In this document: positions 17,851 through 27,340 of the stretch, piece after piece
Numbering within the stretch: position 1 is the stretch's first letter
Layout of the letters: every line of letters starts with the position of its first letter
Origin: Dehalococcoides sp. JdFR-56
Lineage (GTDB): Bacteria; Chloroflexota; Dehalococcoidia; Dehalococcoidales; RBG-16-60-22
Direction: 5' to 3'
DNA: 64,000 nucleotides
NCBI GenBank assembly: GCA_002011495.1
Contig: MTNR01000072.1
Coordinates: forward strand, 7,371-71,370
The notes under the pieces: model-generated
The model's input: the letters and a program-made list of their open reading frames with translations, nothing else
The model's database searches: none
What the model was told of the DNA's origin: nothing
Program-made: the position numbers and the translations under genes

Positions 17851-19221
17851 GTGAGTCTGAAAATCCTTAAGATAGTAACCATAGTCGGCCCGGCTGTTTT
17901 TATCGCCCTGTTTGAGCTATCCCGGCATATCATATTCGTTGAGCGCCAGCCGATGGTAATAGGGAACCTGCTCGTTTTTGTCGCCGTTATCATCGGCGCC
18001 TTTTTCTTCTCCCGATTTATCTTCGGAATCATTGAGAGAACGCAGCGGGAGAGCCTCCGCCGCAATCAGGAACTTGCCGCCCTGAACAGCGTGGCCCTGG
18101 CGGTAAGCGAATCCCTGAACCTAGATGTGGTCTTGTACCGGGCTCTGGACAAGGTGCTTCAGGTGAGCGGCGCCGAGGCCGGCGAGATGTTCCTGTTTGA
18201 TGAGGAGACCCAGGAGATGGTGCGGCGGGTACATGCTGGGCTTTTCCCCGAGGCCTTTCAGGAGAAGACCAGGTTTCGGTTGGGCGAGGGCTTCGCCGGT
18301 GGGGTTGCCCAGTCAGGTGAGCCGATAGTGCTGCCAGACCTGGCTGATGACGCCAGGCTGCTCAGAGGCAAGGTGAGGGAGCATGGGTTCCGCTCTCTGG
18401 CCTGTGTCCCCCTCAAATTGAAAAACGCCATCATTGGTGCCATCAACGTCTTCAGCCTGAAGCCGGGGCGCTTTGCCCCTGATGATATCCGGCTGCTAGC
18501 CAATATTGGCAACCAGATTGCGGTGGCCATCGAGAATGCCCGCCTCCATGAGAAGGTGCAGGGTATGGCCGCTCTGGAGGAGAGGGAGAGAATCGCCCGG
18601 GAGATGCATGACAGCCTGGCTCAGGTATTGGGCTATGTTAACACCAAGACACAGGCAGCAAGAAAATTTCTTACCTCAGGGCAAAAAGCCAAAGCCAAGG
18701 CGCAGCTTATGGAGCTGGAGAATATCGCCCAGGAAGTTTATGCCGATGTCCGGGAGGCTATTCTGGGTCTCAGAAGCACGGCTACTCCGGAGAGGGACAT
18801 GGTGTCCACTCTTAAGGAGTACGTCTTCCGCTTCAGCCAGATGAGTGGCATCAAGGCTGAGCTGGAAATCGAAAATGGCAACCTCCCCTCCCTGCCCACC
18901 GCCACGGAACTGCAGGTCATCCGCATCATCCAGGAGGCGCTGACCAATGTGAGAAAGCACGCCCGAGCCAGCCACGCCTGGGTGCGAATCTCCACGGACA
19001 ACGAGCACCTTGAGATTATCATTGGGGACAATGGCCAGGGTTTCAACGTCTCCTCAATCAGACGGGCAGACTGGCCGCAGTTCGGTCTGCAAACCATGAA
19101 GGAGCGGGCGGAGAGCGTCAGGGGTACGCTGGATATAAGTTCTGCGCCCAGCAAGGGAACCACGGTGACCCTCAAGATTCCCTTGCAGATTGCCGAATCG
19201 CCTCCCGAATCAGAGGGCTGA
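17851..19221 (+). CDS. Sensor histidine kinase (TM, GAF, HisKA_3, HATPase_c)
   Basis: N-terminal TM segments, a GAF-like region (GEGFAGGVAQSGEPIVLPD), an H-box (AREMHDSLAQVL) and an ATPase region (DNGQGF...GLQTMKERA). A GGGGGAGGG RBS precedes the GTG start. Confidence 0.85.
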   Translation: MSLKILKIVTIVGPAVFIALFELSRHIIFVERQPMVIGNLLVFVAVIIGAFFFSRFIFGIIERTQRESLRRNQELAALNSVALAVSESLNLDVVLYRALDKVLQVSGAEAGEMFLFDEETQEMVRRVHAGLFPEAFQEKTRFRLGEGFAGGVAQSGEPIVLPDLADDARLLRGKVREHGFRSLACVPLKLKNAIIGAINVFSLKPGRFAPDDIRLLANIGNQIAVAIENARLHEKVQGMAALEERERIAREMHDSLAQVLGYVNTKTQAARKFLTSGQKAKAKAQLMELENIAQEVYADVREAILGLRSTATPERDMVSTLKEYVFRFSQMSGIKAELEIENGNLPSLPTATELQVIRIIQEALTNVRKHARASHAWVRISTDNEHLEIIIGDNGQGFNVSSIRRADWPQFGLQTMKERAESVRGTLDISSAPSKGTTVTLKIPLQIAESPPESEG

Positions 19222-19223
19222 CC

Positions 19224-19880
19224 ATGAGAGTATTGCTCGTTGATGACCATGCTTTAGTCCGTGATGGCATCGCCAGCCTGCTGACCGCCAGCGGCATCGA
19301 GGTGGTCGGGGAGGCTAGCGACGGGCTGGAGGCGCTGGAGAAGACCCGCCGGCTGAAACCAGACATCGTCCTCATGGATATCAAAATGCCCCGATGTAAT
19401 GGCCTGGAGGCTACTCGCCTCATCAAAGCCGAGATGCCCAAGGTTAAGATTGTCATCCTTACCGTATCCGATGATGAGGAGGACCTCTTCGAGGCGATAA
19501 AGAGTGGGGCCGAGGGCTACCTGCTGAAGAACATCAAGGCCGAGCAGTTCCTTGCCCTGCTCTCCGGCGTGGACAAGGGTGAGGCTGCCATCTCCCCAGT
19601 GGTCGCCACCAAGATCATGGAGGAGTTCGCCCGCCGCATCAAGGGAGCCGGGCTACCAACCCCGGAGACCGAGCTGACTGACCGGGAAGTTGAGGTGCTG
19701 AAGCTGGTGGCTAGCGGTGCCCTCAACAAGGAGATAGCTGCCACCTTGAACATCACCGAGAATACGGTTAAATATCACCTTCGGAATATTACCGAGAAGC
19801 TTCATCTCAGGAATCGGGCGCAGGTAGCCGCCTACGCGGTGAGCAAAGGGATAACCCCAGCCCCCTTCCCTGAGGAATAG
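19224..19880 (+). CDS. Response regulator, NarL/FixJ (REC + LuxR-type HTH)
   Basis: Has VLLVDDH, IVLMDIKMP and a C-terminal LTDREVEVL...ENTVKYHL HTH. It starts 2 nt after the kinase stop. Confidence 0.9.
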   Translation: MRVLLVDDHALVRDGIASLLTASGIEVVGEASDGLEALEKTRRLKPDIVLMDIKMPRCNGLEATRLIKAEMPKVKIVILTVSDDEEDLFEAIKSGAEGYLLKNIKAEQFLALLSGVDKGEAAISPVVATKIMEEFARRIKGAGLPTPETELTDREVEVLKLVASGALNKEIAATLNITENTVKYHLRNITEKLHLRNRAQVAAYAVSKGITPAPFPEE

Positions 19881-19928
19881 CTACCCCCACCCGAAAGGGT
19901 GGGGGAGAAACCATACTTAATATCTTTT

Positions 19929-19955
19929 GGGCGGTTTACTAGACCGCCCTTTTTT
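19929..19955 (+). terminator. Rho-independent terminator after the GAF-kinase/regulator operon
   Basis: Stem gggcggt/accgccc with a 7-nt loop, followed by TTTTTT (19950-19955). A second perfect 9-bp hairpin (cccccaccc GAAA gggtggggg) lies at 19884-19905, just after the stop codon. Confidence 0.75.
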
Positions 19956-20064
19956 ATATCCCCAGACCACCCGCAGGGGCGGGGTAGCCAGGGGAGAAGG
20001 GTGGGATAATGAAAGTGAGCGTCGCTTTGGTCGAACGCTGATTCAAAAGCAAGCGAGGGGAAAG

Positions 20065-20520
20065 ATGAAAAAGAGAGTATTGATTTTGGGCCTTATTTTG
20101 ACAGCGCTGGTTGTACCTTTTATTTCCGCCTGTGCCCAACCGGCCCCAGCCCCACCTCCTGCGGCCTCAACGCTGGCCTTGCCTGAGGGGGCAGTAAAGC
20201 TCTCCGAACTCGTCCCGGCCATGGGTGAGCACTGGGCTATCCCGGAACAACTGCCCCTTGGCCCTATTTACCTGGTCCATGATGAAGAAGTAGTCGGGAT
20301 AGAGTATATGTGGAGTGAGGACATGCTGCAGGAGGTGAGCACTCCCGAGGGAACCATCAATACGCTGGTGCCTCTTCCCGTAGGGGTGAAGGTGGACCAT
20401 GCCACCGTGGAATTCCTGCCCGAGGGGCACGAAGGCTTTGAAATGCCCCATTGGGACCTGCACCTATACTTCATCTCCCCCGAGGAACGCGAGGAGCTAG
20501 CTCCGCATGAACCTAGGTAG
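20065..20520 (+). CDS. Hypothetical lipoprotein
   Basis: An internal ATG at 20065 gives MKKRVLILGLILTALVVPFISAC (signal peptide plus lipobox), then a PAPAPPP linker. GAGGGG lies upstream. The track ORF begins at 19927. Confidence 0.6.
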   Translation: MKKRVLILGLILTALVVPFISACAQPAPAPPPAASTLALPEGAVKLSELVPAMGEHWAIPEQLPLGPIYLVHDEEVVGIEYMWSEDMLQEVSTPEGTINTLVPLPVGVKVDHATVEFLPEGHEGFEMPHWDLHLYFISPEEREELAPHEPR

Positions 20521-20573
20521 CGCCCTCATTGATGATGGGGAGACGGGAGTAGCCGGGGGAGGAGGAAGACCAG

Positions 20574-21179
20574 TTGAGAAAAATCATCACCGCCTTTTTG
20601 AGCATTCTTATAGTTATCGGAATAGTTCTGGGAAATGGCGTTGCCCTGGCCCACGGGGAGGATGAGGATAAAGAACCTGAGCCTGACGGTGCTGGGACTG
20701 CGGTTACCTTCTCCGCAAGCCCGAGGTTCCCGGTGGCAGGGCAACCGGCAGAGCTTACCTTTACCGTACTCCACCAGGGAGTCCCTGAGGAGGAGTTGCC
20801 GCTTACGGTGGTGCTAACCCCGCTGGGGACTGGACACGGGCACGACGGGGCCCATCACCAGCATTCTGGCGAGGTGGCTGATGAGCACCCTCACGATGAG
20901 GCAGCAGAGCCCCACCATGATGAAGGTTCCGATGAGGAGCTGGAATCTGTAACCATAGCCCCTGCCGAGATAGCCCCCGGAGTCTATACCGCCGAGTATA
21001 CCTTTGATAGCGGGGGCAAGTATCTGGTTACTGCCCAGATAGGAGATGAGCAGAGGGAATTTGAGGTAGCGGTCCGCTCCGCCCCGGTGGCATGGTCATT
21101 CATTATCGGGCTGGGGGCTGTTTCGGTCTTCCTTGCTGGCATGGTGGCGGTGGTCAAGACGGTGCGTAAGGAGTGGTAA
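20574..21179 (+). CDS. Secreted His-rich protein with a C-terminal TM anchor (putative metal-binding, YtkA/FixH-like fold guess)
   Basis: The TTG start follows GGGGGAGGAGGAAG. It has a signal peptide, the tract HGHDGAHHQHSGEVADEHPHDEAAEPHHDE, and a C-terminal TM segment. The stop lies 3 nt before the next gene. Confidence 0.6.
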   Translation: MRKIITAFLSILIVIGIVLGNGVALAHGEDEDKEPEPDGAGTAVTFSASPRFPVAGQPAELTFTVLHQGVPEEELPLTVVLTPLGTGHGHDGAHHQHSGEVADEHPHDEAAEPHHDEGSDEELESVTIAPAEIAPGVYTAEYTFDSGGKYLVTAQIGDEQREFEVAVRSAPVAWSFIIGLGAVSVFLAGMVAVVKTVRKEW

Positions 21180-21182
21180 CCA

Positions 21183-24038
21183 ATGGCGGTAATGAGGAGG
21201 GAAGGCGTTTATAAGGACTTATTGGAGCTGGGCTGGTTCAAGCGCCTGGCGAAGTGGCGTGGGCTCCAGTTCACCTTACAGGTTATCGGGCTTGCTTTTT
21301 TCGGCGTGATCATCTACGCGGGCCTGTTCGGTACCCCGGTGGGCGGCGAGAACGTGGGGTCTACCTTTACCTGGCTTATCTGGTGGACGCTCATCCCGGT
21401 GACCATGCTGGTGGCGGCCCGAGGGTGGTGTCTGGTATGTCCATGGATCGCTCCTGCTGAGTGGCTGCAGCGCCTGGCCTTCTGGTGGAAGGGAAAGCGA
21501 ACTTTAAGCCTGAACTGGAAGGTGCCCAGATTCCTGCAAAACTTCGGGCTGATGCTGGTCTTTTTCCTCATCTTGCACTGGGCGGACTCTACTTTCCATC
21601 TCGCCCTCCGCCCTGAGACCACGGTCTACCTCGCCCTAGGTCTGTTTGGTCTGGCCATAGCCGTTTCCCTAGTTTTTGAGAAGAGAAGCTTCTGCCGCTA
21701 CTTTTGCCCCATCGGCGCCATTATTGCTGCTTATTCGCTGGTGGCGCCAGTGGAAGTCCGCAATAAAGACCCCCAGGTCTGCCGTCGCTGCCACACCCGC
21801 AACTGCTTCAAAGGCAGCGAAAAGGGCTACGGCTGCCCCATGATGACCCACCCCTATGACTTTAACATTGATGAGCGGGGCTACGCACCATGCCGGGCGG
21901 CCTGTCCCGCTGGCGTCCACAGCGATGGCTATATCGCCCTTATCGCCCGGGGCAAGTTCAAGGAAGCCCTTGAGCTGCACCGGCAAACCATGCCCTTCGC
22001 CGGGGTTTGTGGACGCATCTGCATCCATCCCTGCGAGTCACAATGTGAAAGAGCCAAGGTGGATGAGCCAGTGTCTATCCGCAGGCTGAAGCGCTTCATG
22101 GCGGACTATGCGCTCAATAACGGGGGCAGGGGAAATATACTTCCCATTGCCAAGACAAAGGCGGACAAGGTGGCCATAATCGGCTCAGGCCCTGCTGGTC
22201 TGGCCTGCGCCTATGACCTGGTGAGGGAGGGATACCCGGTTACCGTCTTCGAGGCTGCCCCTGAGGCTGGAGGCCTGCTCCGATATGGCATCCCGGAATA
22301 CCGGTTGCCCAAGCGGATTCTGGATAGCGAGATAAGCTACATTGAAGGGCTGGGTGTTGAGATAAGGACAAACACCCCGGTAAGCGACCTCAGCAGCCTG
22401 TTTAGTCAAGGATACAAGGCCATTTTCTTGGCCACCGGGGCTGGCGCTAGCCAAAGGTTGAATATCCCCGGGGAAGAGGCTGAGGGGGTAGTCCATGCCC
22501 TTGATTTCCTCAGGCAGGTGAACTCCGGGGAAAAGGTCAGGATAGGCAGCCGAGTGGCAGTTATCGGCGGAGGTAACGCCGCCATAGATGCCGCCCGGGT
22601 CGCCCGGCGGCTGGGGGCACAGGAGGTCTCTATAATCTACCGGCGTTCCCGGGATGAAATGCCGGCGATCAGGAGTGAAGTTGAGCAGGCCGAGCGCGAG
22701 GGGATCAAGATTCATTTCCAGAAGGCGCCGGTCCAGGTTCTGAGCAAAAATGGTAGACTGACTGGCCTCCAGTGTGTTCAGACTGAGCTAGGCGAACCAG
22801 ATGCCGATGGCCGGCGCCAGCCGATACTCGTTGACGGCTCCCAATTCGATATTGAGCTTGATAATGTCATCATCGCCATCGGTCAAATTGTGCCTGGAAC
22901 AAAATTAACCAGCGGGCTTAAGCATACCGATTGGGGGACCCTCTCCGTTGACCCGGTTACCCTGCAGACAAATGTGGCCGGCGTTTTTGCCGGCGGTGAC
23001 GCCGTGGCTGGCCCGGCCGATGCCATCAGTGCCATTGCTGACGGCAAGGAGGCCGCCATCTCCATCAAACGCTACCTGGGCGGGATGGAAGTGGGGGAGG
23101 GAAGAGCGCCCCGGGCCAGAGTGGCCTCAACCGATGGTTTGGAAGTTAAGGAAAGGGAGGTTATGCCGGCATACGCCCTGGGGAAGCCAGGAGACTTCAG
23201 CGAGGCTGAGCCGGGCTTTGACCCCAAGACGGCGGTCAGCGAAGCCAGACGTTGCTGGAGCTGTGGCACCGGCTCCGATGGCGTAGACCGGAATACTTAC
23301 TGCGTGTTATGCCTGGAGTGCGTTAAAACCTGTCCCAATGATAACGTGGCGCTCAACATCCGAAGGCCCTTCCACGATATTTTCAAGAAAGGCGTGGGCT
23401 TTCTGCGCACCCGCGATATAAAATTCTCCCTCTCCTTGATCGCTATCGTGCTGCTCGGTGTCATTCCCTTCCACAATCTGGAGATGACGAATACCTATAC
23501 CAGCTTAGAGGCCAATCTAGCCAGTGGGCTGGGCATCTCTGAGATGGTGGTACGCACCACCGCCTTTCTCCTGACGGGGCTGATTGCCGTGGCTATCTTC
23601 TTCGGCTTTTCCTGGCTTGCCCAGCGCGCTAGCGGCGATAGGCAGTTCGGCACCAAAGGCATCTTCACCTGGTTTGCTCTGACCTTTATCCCCCTGGCGA
23701 TTAGCTTGCACCTGGCCCACAACTATTTCCATCTGCTGGAAGAGGGGGCGGTGATTATCCCCAACCTCTCTGATCCCTTTGGCTTCGGTTGGGATCTCTT
23801 CGGGACCGCTGGCGCCAGCGTGACCATTCTCCCCGCCACAGTGATAAGTAACCTGCAGTTCATCACCATCGGTCTTGGGTTCCTGGCCTCTGGTTACGCC
23901 CTGTACCGATTGCCCACCAATATGTTCGCCGCGCGGGCGCAAGCCTTGAGGTCCATGGCGCCGATGACGGTGCTTCTCATTGGCATGGCGATTTTCTACC
24001 TGTGGGTGCTGACTATACCCATGAGCATGAGATTTTAG
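21183..24038 (+). CDS. Membrane-bound Fe-S flavoprotein fusion: NapH/NosR-like polyferredoxin membrane module + GltD-like NAD(P)H oxidoreductase + C-terminal polytopic domain
   Basis: N-terminal TM region with CLVCPW and FCRYFCPIGA. The GltD-type Fe-S region reads CRAACPAG...GVCGRICIHPCESQCER, and the dinucleotide fold reads KVAIIGSGPAGLACAYDL...VAVIGGGNAAIDAA. Then YCVLCLECVKTCP and about 6 further TM segments. Confidence 0.8.
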   Translation: MAVMRREGVYKDLLELGWFKRLAKWRGLQFTLQVIGLAFFGVIIYAGLFGTPVGGENVGSTFTWLIWWTLIPVTMLVAARGWCLVCPWIAPAEWLQRLAFWWKGKRTLSLNWKVPRFLQNFGLMLVFFLILHWADSTFHLALRPETTVYLALGLFGLAIAVSLVFEKRSFCRYFCPIGAIIAAYSLVAPVEVRNKDPQVCRRCHTRNCFKGSEKGYGCPMMTHPYDFNIDERGYAPCRAACPAGVHSDGYIALIARGKFKEALELHRQTMPFAGVCGRICIHPCESQCERAKVDEPVSIRRLKRFMADYALNNGGRGNILPIAKTKADKVAIIGSGPAGLACAYDLVREGYPVTVFEAAPEAGGLLRYGIPEYRLPKRILDSEISYIEGLGVEIRTNTPVSDLSSLFSQGYKAIFLATGAGASQRLNIPGEEAEGVVHALDFLRQVNSGEKVRIGSRVAVIGGGNAAIDAARVARRLGAQEVSIIYRRSRDEMPAIRSEVEQAEREGIKIHFQKAPVQVLSKNGRLTGLQCVQTELGEPDADGRRQPILVDGSQFDIELDNVIIAIGQIVPGTKLTSGLKHTDWGTLSVDPVTLQTNVAGVFAGGDAVAGPADAISAIADGKEAAISIKRYLGGMEVGEGRAPRARVASTDGLEVKEREVMPAYALGKPGDFSEAEPGFDPKTAVSEARRCWSCGTGSDGVDRNTYCVLCLECVKTCPNDNVALNIRRPFHDIFKKGVGFLRTRDIKFSLSLIAIVLLGVIPFHNLEMTNTYTSLEANLASGLGISEMVVRTTAFLLTGLIAVAIFFGFSWLAQRASGDRQFGTKGIFTWFALTFIPLAISLHLAHNYFHLLEEGAVIIPNLSDPFGFGWDLFGTAGASVTILPATVISNLQFITIGLGFLASGYALYRLPTNMFAARAQALRSMAPMTVLLIGMAIFYLWVLTIPMSMRF

Positions 24039-24051
24039 AGGAGCTTGGCCC

Positions 24052-24168
24052 TTGAATAAGCTTGACCTCGCTGGAATCGCCATTTACCTGGCTCTTGCCG
24101 GGCTGGTGGTTGGCCTCTTTCTGGTTCTGATAGGGACCATCCTCAAGAGCCTCATCTTCGGCGTTTAA
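24052..24168 (+). CDS. Candidate 38-aa single-TM small protein
   Basis: Below the ORF-track size cutoff. TTG 24052 lies 8 nt after AGAGGAG. It translates (M)NKLDLAGIAIYLALAGLVVGLFLVLIGTILKSLIFGV and sits immediately after the 951-aa fusion gene. Confidence 0.3.
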   Translation: MNKLDLAGIAIYLALAGLVVGLFLVLIGTILKSLIFGV

Positions 24169-24289
24169 CATAGCCATCCCGCTTCCTGCCAAGCTAGGGC
24201 GTATTTGGCACCCATGCCAGCGGTGCCAACTCCAGGGGGTGCTTTAGGGTAACCCTTTGGTTTTGAAGTTTGACCGGGGCTGATAGACG

Positions 24290-25153
24290 ATGGACATACT
24301 GGCGACACTTTTCCGATTCCGGCAGTTCCTATTTGAATTCGGGCCATTCTTCCTAGCTGCCTGGTTTGGGCTGGCGCTGACTACCGGGCTGATAACGGTG
24401 CTCTCCAGTAAGAGGAGCAAATGGCCGAAGCTGGGGAGGTTTCTCTCCGCTATGCTCTACCATCCCGGCGGGAAGGCATGGGCAGTGCCTGCCGCCAGCG
24501 TGCTTTCCCTCTTCAGCCTGGCAACTTCCCTCCCGGCTCTGGTGGTAACCTCTCTCATTGGTATAAATGCCGTCCTGCTGCGGGCGGCCATGGCTGCCCT
24601 TCTAGCACCCTTCCTCAATTGGCTCATCACCTCAATACTATGGCCCAATCCAGGTGAGCGAGAGCCAGAAGCAGAGCAAATAGTGCCATTCTCAATAAAC
24701 AAGAGTGTTTTGGAGGCGGTGCCAGGGTCCAGCTCCCTGGTGCGGGTTAGCTGGAGAAGCTTTACTGGGCAGGTGAGTAGTGCCCTGCTTCCTTTGCTCA
24801 TCGGATTCATTTTGGCTTCAGCCCTCACTGTCCATGTTCCTGCGTATACCATCCGCCCTTGGCTGGGGGATGGGGTCTGGTGGGCGCCCTTCTTGGCGGC
24901 ACTTCTCGCCATTCCCTTCCAGCTAAGTGGGGGAGCCGAGGTGCCTTTGGCTTCGGCGCTGTTGGTCAAGGGAGCCAGCCTGGGGACGGCGCTGAGCGTG
25001 ATGCTGGCCTCCCCGATAGCCACTTCCTCCGCGGTTCGTCGCCTCTTCCAGCCAGCAAGGGTTGGGACAGTGGCCGCGTATTTGCTCACTGTCTGGCTTG
25101 CTGCTGGCTTTCTGGGGGCAGCGGTAGATGGGGCGCAGCGGCTTTTTGCCTGA
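24290..25153 (+). CDS. Polytopic membrane protein (putative permease)
   Basis: 287-aa hydrophobic ORF with several TM segments. The family assignment is not secure from sequence alone. Confidence 0.55.
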   Translation: MDILATLFRFRQFLFEFGPFFLAAWFGLALTTGLITVLSSKRSKWPKLGRFLSAMLYHPGGKAWAVPAASVLSLFSLATSLPALVVTSLIGINAVLLRAAMAALLAPFLNWLITSILWPNPGEREPEAEQIVPFSINKSVLEAVPGSSSLVRVSWRSFTGQVSSALLPLLIGFILASALTVHVPAYTIRPWLGDGVWWAPFLAALLAIPFQLSGGAEVPLASALLVKGASLGTALSVMLASPIATSSAVRRLFQPARVGTVAAYLLTVWLAAGFLGAAVDGAQRLFA

Positions 25154-25179
25154 CCGGATAGGGCAAGTGAGAAAGGCGG

Positions 25180-25923
25180 ATGATGGAGAATTTTGTCGCT
25201 AGCCTAACTAGTCTACTACCGTTCGGATATGCCTTTGGCGCCGGCATGGCGACCGGGGTCAGCCCCTGCGGTATCGCCATGCTGCCCGCCTATGTTTCCC
25301 TCTATCTGGGGGTGGAAGAGGGAGAGCCACTCAGCGGCTCCTCGCCCCGTCGAGTTGCCTGGGCGCTGATAATGAGCGGGGCCGTCACCCTGAGCTTCGT
25401 CGCCCTTTTTGGTGCCATGGGGGGCTTGCTTGCGGCAGGAGGCCAATTCCTGCTCGCCTTTATCCCCTGGATAGCCGTGCTTATTGGTGCGGCGCTTATT
25501 CTTTCGGGCATCTTTCTCCTCACTGGTGCCTCTATCTACAGCAGCCTGCCGGCACGCCTGGTGGCCCGGCTGGGCAGGCCTGACGGCCCTGGGGTAAAAG
25601 GTTTCATCGCCTTCGGTGTGGCCTATGCCATCGCCGCGCTGAGCTGCACGCTGCCCGTTTTCCTGGCGGTGGTGGCGAGCGCCCTGACCACAGGGGGGTT
25701 CGCCTCAGGACTATTTCAGTTTGTCAGCTATGCTTTGGGCATGGGGTTGGTCATCACCGTGGTAGCCATAGGGTCAGTGCTCTTCAGAGAGACGATGAAC
25801 AGATGGCTGCGACGTCTGGTGCCAGTTGTGGCCAGACTCAGCGGTTTGCTGCTTATCTTTGCTGGCGGCTATATTCTCTACTTCTGGTTTGTGGTGGGGG
25901 ACATCCTGAACTGGACATTCTGA
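25180..25923 (+). CDS. ccdA: Cytochrome c biogenesis thiol-disulfide transporter, CcdA/DsbD-TM family
   Basis: 6-TM protein with GVSPCGIAMLPAY and a second Cys-containing TM segment (ALSCTLPVF). A thioredoxin-like gene follows 13 nt downstream. Confidence 0.85.
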   Translation: MMENFVASLTSLLPFGYAFGAGMATGVSPCGIAMLPAYVSLYLGVEEGEPLSGSSPRRVAWALIMSGAVTLSFVALFGAMGGLLAAGGQFLLAFIPWIAVLIGAALILSGIFLLTGASIYSSLPARLVARLGRPDGPGVKGFIAFGVAYAIAALSCTLPVFLAVVASALTTGGFASGLFQFVSYALGMGLVITVVAIGSVLFRETMNRWLRRLVPVVARLSGLLLIFAGGYILYFWFVVGDILNWTF

Positions 25924-25936
25924 GAGGAGGGAAGAG

Positions 25937-26512
25937 ATGGATAAATTACCGGGACGCAGTAAATTATGGTCTCGCCATCTGGCCCTGGTGGTGCTGGCGC
26001 TCTCTATGCTTGTGGCGATACAGGGTTGTGCCGCCAGCCCTCCGGACTCGGGCAGAGGCGCGGGTGCCCGGGCAATCGAGCTCGAGCCTGCCCCCGAGGT
26101 GGGACATCCGGCGCCTGATTTTAGTTTGAAAGACCTGGACGGCAATACAGTTCGCCTGAGAGACCTGCGGGGCAGGGTGGTCTTCATCAACTTCTGGGCT
26201 AGCTGGTGCCCCCCGTGCCGGGCCGAGATGCCTGAGATTGAGGCCGTGCACCAGGAGTACAAGGATAAGGGGGTGGTGGTGATTGGCGTGGATATCTCCG
26301 AGCCGGAGAGCGTGGTCCGCCAGTACATACGGCAAGGCGGTTTTAGCTGGACGATAGTCCTGGACAGCACCGGGGAAGTCGCCAGAGACTATCGGATTAC
26401 TGCCATTCCTACCAGCTTCTTTGTGGATAGAGACGGGGTGATTCGGGCGGTGAACGTTGGTGCCATGACCAAGAGGGCCATGGAGGAAAAGCTGGCCCAG
26501 GCGATGCGATGA
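25937..26512 (+). CDS. Membrane-anchored thioredoxin-like thiol:disulfide oxidoreductase (ResA/TlpA family)
   Basis: Signal anchor with Cys (IQGCAA) and the WCPPC active site (FWASWCPPCRAEMP) in a TlpA-like context. Confidence 0.9.
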   Translation: MDKLPGRSKLWSRHLALVVLALSMLVAIQGCAASPPDSGRGAGARAIELEPAPEVGHPAPDFSLKDLDGNTVRLRDLRGRVVFINFWASWCPPCRAEMPEIEAVHQEYKDKGVVVIGVDISEPESVVRQYIRQGGFSWTIVLDSTGEVARDYRITAIPTSFFVDRDGVIRAVNVGAMTKRAMEEKLAQAMR

Positions 26513-26549
26513 AAAGCATAAATTCAACCCGGTCACGGCTCACTGAGCG

Positions 26550-27272
26550 GTGAATAGTGTATTAGGAGGGGCTCTCGTGGAAGCCAGCGTAGGGATGGCT
26601 TTGCTGCTGGGGTTGCTGTTGGGCGCCAGACACGCCGTGGATGCTGACCACGTGGTGGCGATAACGACCATCATCGGCCGTAATCGTGGCATGCTGCGCT
26701 CAGCGCTGGTCGGCCTAGCCTGGGGAGCGGGTCACAACCTCACTCTTTTTGGGGCGGGCTTTGTGGTGTTAGTTCTTAAGTTGAGCATTCCTCACACGTT
26801 TACTTTATCTGCCGAGTTCGCGGTGGGGGTGTTGCTGGTCATACTGGGGGTACCCTTGGTATGGCAGCTTATGAGGCGTAAGGCTCACGCCCATGTGCAT
26901 CAGCATGATGATGGGAGCCATTTTCACCTCCATTCCCATGCCGATACTCCGCATCACGAGCATGCTCACCTGAGGAAGCCGCTGCTGGTGGGGATGCTCC
27001 ACGGTCTGGCCGGGAGTGGGGCCCTTACCCTAGTGGCGCTCAATACCATGCCCTCGTTGGGGCAGGGCTTGGTCTTCTTGGCAGTCTTTGCCCTGGGGAT
27101 TACGGCGACTATGATAGTGCTCAGTGGTCTCATCGGCCTTCCCTTCAGGCTAGCTGCCCAGATATCAATACGGCTTGGTCAATGGATTCAGGGAGCGGCT
27201 GGAATGGGTAGTATTGCCCTCGGCCTTTTGGTGATGTGGCAAACTGGGCTTGCTGGCAAGCTATTTCATTGA
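26550..27272 (+). CDS. Nickel/cobalt transporter family membrane protein (NiCoT/RcnA-like)
   Basis: HX4DH signature in the first TM region (RHAVDADH), a central His-rich loop (HAHVHQHDDGSHFHLHSHADTPHHEHAH), and about 6 TM segments. Confidence 0.7.
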   Translation: MNSVLGGALVEASVGMALLLGLLLGARHAVDADHVVAITTIIGRNRGMLRSALVGLAWGAGHNLTLFGAGFVVLVLKLSIPHTFTLSAEFAVGVLLVILGVPLVWQLMRRKAHAHVHQHDDGSHFHLHSHADTPHHEHAHLRKPLLVGMLHGLAGSGALTLVALNTMPSLGQGLVFLAVFALGITATMIVLSGLIGLPFRLAAQISIRLGQWIQGAAGMGSIALGLLVMWQTGLAGKLFH

Positions 27273-27340
27273 CCTCGGGCTTCGCCCCTGGCACGTTTTA
27301 TCCGGCGCCGTCTGGTGCCTCTGCTGAAGAAGCCGCAGCT

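Noticed and set aside
24457-25089. 210-aa minus-strand ORF
   Set aside because: It is antisense to the hydrophobic plus-strand membrane protein, and its composition is Arg/Ala/Gly-rich and typical of antisense frames.
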